In this document: piece after piece, positions 57,614-64,000 of the stretch
How the letters are laid out: each line of letters begins with the position of its first letter
Position numbering within the stretch: the stretch's first letter is position 1
Assembly: GCA_963741955.1 (NCBI GenBank)
Contig: CAVUKB010000001.1
Span: forward strand, 96,001-160,000
Length of the DNA: 64,000 nt
Reading direction: 5' to 3'
Source: an uncultured Acidobacteriota bacterium
GTDB taxonomy: Bacteria > Acidobacteriota > Thermoanaerobaculia > Gp7-AA8
Made by a program: the position numbers and the translations under genes
Notes under the pieces: model-generated
The model's input: only the letters and a program-made list of their open reading frames with translations
Database searches by the model: none
What the model was told of the DNA's origin: nothing

Positions 57614-58276
57614 ATGAACAACCGCGCGGTTTACCCGCTCATGCTTCTCGCGGTCGTCGCGATCGTGTTCGTCTGGTCCGGCATCGCGCCGTTCGACCGC
57701 GGCACGTGGATCGGCGAGACCGTTCCGGTGATGATCGCGGTTCCGCTGCTGCTGGCGACGTACCGCCGCTTCCCCCTCACTCCGATGGTCTACTTCCTGA
57801 TCGCCGTTCACGCGATCATCCTGATGGTCGGCGGGCACTATTCGTACGCGCGGGTTCCGCTCGGCGAGTGGCTTCGCGACACGTTTCATTTCGCCCGGAA
57901 CCACTACGACCGGCTGGGACACTTCGCGCAGGGATTCGTTCCGGCGATGATCGCGCGGGAGGTGCTGCTCCGCCGCTCTCCGCTCCGGCGCGGCAAGTGG
58001 CTGGTCTTCATCGTCGTCTCCATCTGTCTCGCGATCAGTGCCGCGTACGAATTGATCGAGTGGGCCTCCGCGGTTTTCGCCGGCGATTCGGCGACCGACT
58101 TTCTCGGCACGCAGGGAGACATCTGGGACGCGCAGAAAGACATGTTGATGGCTCTGATCGGCGCGGTGGTGGCGATGCTCACCATGCAGCGGCTTCACGA
58201 TCGGCAGCTCGCGCGGATCGAGACGCCCTCTTCCGCTGAGCGGCTCGACCGCTCCTCTGCTCAGCATGCTTCCTGA
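57614..58276 (+). CDS. DUF2238 (YjdF-like) inner membrane protein
   Basis: GGHYSYARVP, RNHYDRLGHF and FLGTQGDIWDAQKDM motifs. Confidence 0.88.
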   Translation: MNNRAVYPLMLLAVVAIVFVWSGIAPFDRGTWIGETVPVMIAVPLLLATYRRFPLTPMVYFLIAVHAIILMVGGHYSYARVPLGEWLRDTFHFARNHYDRLGHFAQGFVPAMIAREVLLRRSPLRRGKWLVFIVVSICLAISAAYELIEWASAVFAGDSATDFLGTQGDIWDAQKDMLMALIGAVVAMLTMQRLHDRQLARIETPSSAERLDRSSAQHAS

Positions 58277-58340
58277 TCGGCGAGAGTCTCGATTCATGCG
58301 CCTCATGGGCGACTAGCGGTCCGGTTCCGTACCACAGAGG

Positions 58341-60860
58341 ATGGACGCCACACCGCGGAAGGGATTTCGCGCGAGCGAAAGGGAATCTCGCACTCCGCGG
58401 GAAGTCATCCTCGTCGCCGCTGCCGCCGCCTGGGGATTCGCCGTCGCGATCGCGGCCTCACCCCTGGTTCAGGGGAGCGCAGTTCCCGGGCAGATCGAAG
58501 GAGCTCTGAAGCGGAGCGGAACGTCACCACACGGCCCGATCATCGTCCTCCTTCTTCTCGTGATCGTCCCTCTCGCGTCCGGGGCGGTCACCGGAGCGCT
58601 GCTGAGCAGAATCGGGGAGATGAAACGTTGGGTCAGCACGACGATCTCGATCGCGCTCGTCTCCGCACTCTGGATCCGGCTGGTCGGTGGGAGTCTCACG
58701 ATGACGGCCCTGGCACCGGCAGCGGGTGTTCTTCTGACTCTTCTCGCCGCGCGAGTCGAGCCGCGCTGGTCGCGAATGGACGTTGTGCTCATTCCCTCCA
58801 CCCTGTCGTTGTATCTGGCGTTTCTCGATCTCGGGTCCGCAAACCTGGTGTTTCTCTTCGTCGCTGCGGTCTTCCTCCTCTTCGCGCTCCGTCTCGCAGT
58901 CGCGGCGATGCTACCGTTCGTCCGCGTCCCGGCGGTTGCGTTCACCTTCGCACCGCTCGCTCTTCTTCTGCAGTCGAGCTGGTTTCGGAGTGGTGTGGCT
59001 CATGCCGGCTGGCCTTCTTTCGCTCTGGTCGCGGGAAGCCCTCTGCTCGTCTCGCTGCTGCTGAGGAAAATCGATTCGAGTACTTGGTTCGAGATCGGGC
59101 GGGTCGAGAGAGCGGCTCTCGCTCTTCTCGTGCTGTTCGTTTTTCCCGTGGTGGCGATCGTCGATCCGAGCATCACCACCACGTACGCAAGCGAACAGCG
59201 CCCGCGGGTGGACGTCTTCGAGGATGGCCATTCGCTGCTTCCCGCGTCGGAGATGGTGGCGGGAGAGCTTCCGTACCGCGACGTCGTTCCTGCCCACGGA
59301 CTGATCAGCGACGGATTGCTGGACGCCGTGTCGATCCGCGCAGGCGCACGGAGCATCGGTGACGTTCTCGAGAAGCGAGCGTTCGTCGCGGAGTCGAATG
59401 GCGCGGTGATCTATCTGCTGGGTCTCGCGGCAAGCGGCTCCGGTGCGGTGGGTCTGCTCGGTTTCTACCTGACGCGGCTCCTGTTTCCGTCCCTCGGCTT
59501 CATTCGCGTCATTCCTTCGCTCATCGCGCTCGCAATGGCCTGCATGGCAGTTCGCCGCCGGCGTGACCGGTGGTTCGCGGCGGCGGGGGCGGTGATCGTG
59601 CTTGCTGCTCTGACCAGTCTCGACTTCGGTCTCTACGTGCTGATCGCGGTTGCGGTGCTCGCATTGCGGAGCGCGGTGGTGCGACGCGCGTTCCGGCCAG
59701 TGGTGATGCTCGTCGCCGGTATCTCTGCGGTCGCCGTGATCGTATTGATCGCCTTCGTTGCGACGGGGATCACGGGCGACTTCTTCCGGTCGACCTTCCA
59801 CGAGATTCCGTCCGTGAGCGCGGCGTATCTGCTCGACTTCACCGTCCCGGACGCGGTGAAGGGAAAGAGTCTGCTGGCGCTACTGGCACGTCTGCTGGAT
59901 CGCGACAGCCTGAGAATTCTGGGCTGGCCTCTCGCGGTCCTCACGCTCGCGGTTCTTCTCGCTGCTCCGTTCCGGCGTCGAAGAGAGCCTCTGATCGGAA
60001 TGCTGGTCTGGGTCTCCGTGGCCGGAGTTTCGTGGGCCGAGCGGCATCACGATTACTTCATGTTCGTTCTTCCCACCGTTCTGATCGTGGCTACGGTCCT
60101 GATGCTCCGTTCGCGACGGCATGAGATCCGGCTGGCCGGGATCGCCTCTGCCGTCGCGCTCGCGGTGGCGGCGCAGCCGACTTCGTATCTGGTGATGACC
60201 ACGATGATCCGCACGCACGCCGCTTCGCGAGAGAGCGGGTGGACGGACATCTGGGAGATCCCCCGAGCGCGATTCGCCCTATTTCCTCTCCCATCCGCGG
60301 ACGCCATACGCGAGATGAAGACGTTCATCGACCGCGAGCTCCGGCCCGGAGAGACGTGGCTCGACCTCTCCAACGCTCCGATCCTCTACTACCTGTTCGA
60401 CCGGCGCTGTCCGGTGAGGCAGGTCGAGCCGGCGATGTACTCCACGGAGTCGCTGCAGCGGGACGTGATTCGCAGGCTTGAGCGCGATCGCAGCGTTCGT
60501 GCAGTTCTGGTCCGGTTCCCTTCCGGAACGGAAGGCATCGACGGGCTCTCGAATCGCGAACGGGTGCCGCTCGTCTGGCAGTGGGTGGAGCAGAACTTCC
60601 ATCCGGAATTTCAGGGAGCGGGAGTCGAGATCTGGATCCGGGACGACGCGCTCACTTCACCATGGGAACCGCGGTACCGGCGTTCGGCGGCTGCGGATAG
60701 TCGTGACGGTCTTCCAGTGCCGACTGAGGCACTCGTTTCACTTCCACCTTCGTTCCTCCCACCACAGCCCACTTCTGTTGCTGCGGCGAGGACTCCTCCT
60801 CGGCCACTCGAACCTCGACCTGCGCGGCCGCGGAGAGCCGGACCTCCGGAGGATCGATGA
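58341..60860 (+). CDS. Large polytopic membrane protein (possibly GT-C-like)
   Basis: Many TM segments; periplasmic G-x-LPYRD-x-x-x-x-HG motif; 3' end overlaps the convergent gene. Confidence 0.7.
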   Translation: MDATPRKGFRASERESRTPREVILVAAAAAWGFAVAIAASPLVQGSAVPGQIEGALKRSGTSPHGPIIVLLLLVIVPLASGAVTGALLSRIGEMKRWVSTTISIALVSALWIRLVGGSLTMTALAPAAGVLLTLLAARVEPRWSRMDVVLIPSTLSLYLAFLDLGSANLVFLFVAAVFLLFALRLAVAAMLPFVRVPAVAFTFAPLALLLQSSWFRSGVAHAGWPSFALVAGSPLLVSLLLRKIDSSTWFEIGRVERAALALLVLFVFPVVAIVDPSITTTYASEQRPRVDVFEDGHSLLPASEMVAGELPYRDVVPAHGLISDGLLDAVSIRAGARSIGDVLEKRAFVAESNGAVIYLLGLAASGSGAVGLLGFYLTRLLFPSLGFIRVIPSLIALAMACMAVRRRRDRWFAAAGAVIVLAALTSLDFGLYVLIAVAVLALRSAVVRRAFRPVVMLVAGISAVAVIVLIAFVATGITGDFFRSTFHEIPSVSAAYLLDFTVPDAVKGKSLLALLARLLDRDSLRILGWPLAVLTLAVLLAAPFRRRREPLIGMLVWVSVAGVSWAERHHDYFMFVLPTVLIVATVLMLRSRRHEIRLAGIASAVALAVAAQPTSYLVMTTMIRTHAASRESGWTDIWEIPRARFALFPLPSADAIREMKTFIDRELRPGETWLDLSNAPILYYLFDRRCPVRQVEPAMYSTESLQRDVIRRLERDRSVRAVLVRFPSGTEGIDGLSNRERVPLVWQWVEQNFHPEFQGAGVEIWIRDDALTSPWEPRYRRSAAADSRDGLPVPTEALVSLPPSFLPPQPTSVAAARTPPRPLEPRPARPRRAGPPEDR

Positions 60861-61257
60861 CCAGAGCCGGAAGGAGGACGTCCGCGCTCGGCGGAATGTT
60901 CTGCATGGTGAGAGTCGCGTCCGGACGGCCGGGAACCTGGAACACAATGGTGGTTTTGCCGGGCGGGACGTCGAGGATCAGAAACGCTCCGTTCTCCTGC
61001 AGCCCACCCGAGGCGAACGGAATGCCTTCTACGGCGAGGTTGGTCTGCTGGAAGAGAGCGACCTTCCGCTGTTCGTCGCCGATGCCCGGTTGGGTGACCT
61101 GATACCGGCCGCTCGACGGAGTGATGTCTGCGATCCAACCGCGGATGCTCACCGGATGACGCGGGATCTGCGGACCTGCGGGCTCACCGCCCCCGCAACC
61201 GAGAAGGAGGAGGGGGACGAGTGCGGCGAAGGTGTTCCGGACCAGCGCGTTCTTCAT
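60652..61257 (-). CDS. Hypothetical lipoprotein
   Basis: GAGGTG RBS; LLGC lipobox. Confidence 0.72.
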   Translation of the reverse strand: MKNALVRNTFAALVPLLLLGCGGGEPAGPQIPRHPVSIRGWIADITPSSGRYQVTQPGIGDEQRKVALFQQTNLAVEGIPFASGGLQENGAFLILDVPPGKTTIVFQVPGRPDATLTMQNIPPSADVLLPALVIDPPEVRLSAAAQVEVRVAEEESSPQQQKWAVVGGTKVEVKRVPQSALEDRHDYPQPPNAGTAVPMVK

Positions 61258-61384
61258 TGTGTTCACCTCTCGTCGAGATCTTATCGAAAACGGGTTCGCC
61301 GCACCGCAGCGAGAAATGTTGCCGAACTTCTCGGCATCCCCGCCCGTCTTCTCTATAATCGATAGCCGAAGGGTTCCGGATCGA

Positions 61385-62950
61385 ATGAAGCGACTATACT
61401 CGACGGCAGGGACGGGTGCGATTCTCATCTGGGCGGCGATCGTCTTTGCGCAGACTACCTCGACCGCCACGCTCAGCTTGCCCGGCTCCCAGCGCACCAT
61501 CGCGACGGTGGAGTCGAACGGCCGAACGTTCTTCTCGGCCGATGACGTGGTGACTGCACTCGGCGGAACGGTCACCTCCGACAATCACGGGTTTCTCGCC
61601 ACGATCGGAGATCAGCAGGCTGCGTTCGGTCCGGACACACGATTCGGCGTCGTCCGGGACGACCTGATCGAGATGCCGGTCGAGCCGATGGTCGTCGACG
61701 GTCGTGCCTACGTACCATGGCAGTTCTTTCAGGGAGTGCTCCAGAAATCCTCCAATCAACAGGTGAGCTGGGACGCAACGAATCGGATTCTTGCCATACG
61801 GCCTTCACCCAAGCAGACGCTCAACGCACAGCTTTCGCTGGTGGACCTCGGCGGGCTCTCGAAGCTCGTGATCCAGCTCTCGGGAAAGAGCGACTACGAC
61901 GTGTCGCGGGAGCGCGACTACTACGCGATCCGTTTCAAGTCGCCGATACAGGCGCCGCCCGAGCAGTCGTTCGACGATCCGCTCGTCACGCGGATGGTCT
62001 CCCGGAACAACGAGATCGACGTCTGGTTCGCGTCACCCGAGGTGACTGCGACGTCGTACAGTCTGGAGAAGCCGTTCCGGGTCGTGCTCGATTTCAGGAA
62101 AGGCGTCCCGGAGCTCAAGCCCGGAGTGACGCTGCAGACCCCTCTCGCAGTGCCGAATGCGAAGCCGGCTGGAATCCGGACCATCGTCCTCGACCCGGGT
62201 CACGGCGGGAAGGAAGTCGGCGCGATCGGACCGTCGGGGCTGATGGAAAAGGACGCCACGCTGGAGCTCTGCAGGCGTCTTCAGAACCTTCTCACGTCGC
62301 GTCTCGGCGTCCGGGTGGTGCTCACTCGTGACGACGACTCGGTCGTTCCGCTCGAGCAGCGCACCGCCGTGGCGAACCAGTACAAGGCGGATCTCTTTCT
62401 CTCCGTCCACATGAATGCCGCAACGGTGAAGGGGGCGAAGGGAACCGAAACGTACTTCCTCTCTCTCGACGCGTCCGACGAAGTTGCGAGACGTGCAGCG
62501 GAGATCGAGAACGCGTCGGCGAGCTCTGCGCCGGGAGGGAAGTCGGACCTGAAGATGATCCTCTGGGATCTCGCACAGCAGGAGTACCTCAACGAGTCGC
62601 ATCGTCTCGCCGTCGACGTTCAGGACGAGATGAACACTCTCGCAGGGATCCAGGGTCGTGGCGTGAAGCAGGCTCCGTTCAAGGTTCTGGTCGGAGCGAC
62701 GATGCCCGCTGCGCTGGTGGAAGTCGCGTTCATCACCAACCCCGACGAAGAGGCGAAGCTCCGGAGCGATCGGTTCCAGGAGCAGGCAGCGGATGCACTC
62801 GAGCACGCGATCGCGAAATTCAAGAGCGAGTACGAGGCACGGATCGGTCTCGGCGGCCCGGAGACATCCGGGCGAGCCGCAGCGCCAGCCGCCGCGGCAG
62901 CACCTCCCCCCGCATCTCCAGCACCGTCGAAGAAGTCCGGGAGCTCCTGA
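61385..62950 (+). CDS. N-acetylmuramoyl-L-alanine amidase (Amidase_3)
   Basis: VLDPGHGGKE, EKDATL, LTRDDD, FLSVHMN and ALVEVAF motifs. Confidence 0.92.
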   Translation: MKRLYSTAGTGAILIWAAIVFAQTTSTATLSLPGSQRTIATVESNGRTFFSADDVVTALGGTVTSDNHGFLATIGDQQAAFGPDTRFGVVRDDLIEMPVEPMVVDGRAYVPWQFFQGVLQKSSNQQVSWDATNRILAIRPSPKQTLNAQLSLVDLGGLSKLVIQLSGKSDYDVSRERDYYAIRFKSPIQAPPEQSFDDPLVTRMVSRNNEIDVWFASPEVTATSYSLEKPFRVVLDFRKGVPELKPGVTLQTPLAVPNAKPAGIRTIVLDPGHGGKEVGAIGPSGLMEKDATLELCRRLQNLLTSRLGVRVVLTRDDDSVVPLEQRTAVANQYKADLFLSVHMNAATVKGAKGTETYFLSLDASDEVARRAAEIENASASSAPGGKSDLKMILWDLAQQEYLNESHRLAVDVQDEMNTLAGIQGRGVKQAPFKVLVGATMPAALVEVAFITNPDEEAKLRSDRFQEQAADALEHAIAKFKSEYEARIGLGGPETSGRAAAPAAAAAPPPASPAPSKKSGSS

Positions 62951-62951
62951 C

Positions 62952-63554
62952 GTGCGCGCAGAGAAGAAGTCTTTCCTCATTATTTTCGTCGCGGCCGTGG
63001 CTCTGGTCGTGGCGTGCTCGCGTGGTTCGCGCAACAACTCCGAAGTCGTATCCGCTCGCGTGCGGGAAGCGAACAAGGTCGCCACCCGCGCGGTGACGCT
63101 CTACTTCGAGTCGCCGGATCTCGTGCTCGTCCCCGAGAAGCGCAACGTCGCGCTCCCGGAGAGCGACGTCGCGGCGGTCTCCACCGTCGTTCGTGAATTG
63201 CTCGCCGGCTCCTCGAACGCTGCGGTCGCGAGATCGTTCCCGAAGGATGCCGCCCTTCGTGGCGCATTCCTTCTTTCCGACGGGACGGCGATCATCGATC
63301 TCGGCGGCGACACTCTCGCCACGGGCTGGAACACCGGGAGCCACGAAGAGTTGATGGCGGTCTATTCGCTGGTGCAGACTCTGATGGACAACTTCCCCTC
63401 GGTGAAGCGGGTCAGGATTCTCGTCAACGGCCAGCCGGCTCCGACTCTCGCGGGCCACGTCGCCATCGATCACGCGCTGAAACCTCTGACCTGGCTCGTC
63501 GCCGCACAGCCCCCCGCACCGGCCGCGCCACAGCCTCCTCAAGAGGGGCGCTAG
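62952..63554 (+). CDS. GerMN domain lipoprotein
   Basis: VVAC lipobox; VTLYF, ELLAG, VYSLVQTL and LAGHV motifs; follows the amidase. Confidence 0.85.
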   Translation: MRAEKKSFLIIFVAAVALVVACSRGSRNNSEVVSARVREANKVATRAVTLYFESPDLVLVPEKRNVALPESDVAAVSTVVRELLAGSSNAAVARSFPKDAALRGAFLLSDGTAIIDLGGDTLATGWNTGSHEELMAVYSLVQTLMDNFPSVKRVRILVNGQPAPTLAGHVAIDHALKPLTWLVAAQPPAPAAPQPPQEGR

Positions 63555-63717
63555 GAGTCTGCGCGGTAGAAACTGTCCTACTGCGAAAGCGGATCAACGG
63601 TCCAAATCGGTCCGGATTTTCGGCGAGTAGCCACCGCTACGCACCTCAAATCCGAACGAATTTGGCCTCGCTGCTCCGCTCTCTCGCTACGGACGTTTCT
63701 ACCGCGCAGACTCCTAG
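63551..63717. mobile_element. MITE-A full copy (163-bp spacing) at the GerMN stop codon
   Basis: CTAG at 63551 and 63714; TIR GAGTCTGCGCGGTAGAAAC. Confidence 0.95.
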
Positions 63718-63945
63718 CCCCAATGGCCCGAACTTGAGGGGCGCTGTGGGTGTTCAGAGAGCAGATGCGCGGAGTTACTACGCATCTGCCGCAGGTGGCG
63801 TCTCGTTGCGTTCTGAAGGCGATCTGCGCGGCCACGGCGGGAGCCGGGGCGCCCCTCGGAGAGGGGATCCTTCGCTGCCCAGCAAGCTCGCGTCGACTCC
63901 CGGCTGACACGCTGATTTTGCTCAAGTTCGGGCCATTGTCTTTAG
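63714..63945. mobile_element. MITE-B full copy
   Basis: 18-bp perfect inverted repeat CAATGGCCCGAACTTGAG (63721-63738 / 63921-63938), flanked by CTAG and TTAG. Confidence 0.85.
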
Positions 63946-64000
63946 CCCGCATTTCTCACACCGCCTCGACGCGGGGAGGCGGAGAGCGGCTTGGATACAA

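Noticed and set aside
294-63542. Numerous long antisense and alternate-frame ORFs in the track
   Set aside because: Expected shadows of real genes in high-GC DNA; Arg/Pro-rich and without motifs

Overview
High-GC bacterial chromosome segment, probably Acidobacteriota (Thermoanaerobaculia-like). This is inferred from the acidobacterial VWFA-type gene, futalosine-pathway mqnA/mqnC and rpsF-rpsR-rplI without ssb. The backbone is housekeeping: asnS, rnj, uppP, hpt, a CC-adding-type tRNA nucleotidyltransferase, three GT4 glycosyltransferases, yceD-rpmF-plsX-fabD-fabG, tRNA-Arg(UCG), tRNA-Thr(CGU), mqnA-mqnC, rpsF-rpsR-rplI, ilvE, mprF plus two AcvB/VirJ genes, several peptidases, and an amidase-GerMN pair. 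No CRISPR-Cas, prophage or intact IS is visible. The striking biology is in the small repeats. (1) A CTAG-targeting ~163-bp MITE has one copy in frame inside a serine hydrolase gene, and that copy is 1 nt shorter (162 bp = 54 codons). (2) A CRISPR-shaped array has five 105-bp palindromic units separated by ordered, variable heptamer strings, with every period a multiple of 7. (3) There are many strand-biased heptamer arrays, REP-like families, a second MITE and a truncated Y1/RAYT transposase. Also found: an uncalled 23-aa Lys-rich gene with its own promoter, RBS and terminator, two decayed toxin genes, and several gene remnants around 40-42.7 kb. All calls come from reading the sequence by eye; no database searches were run.
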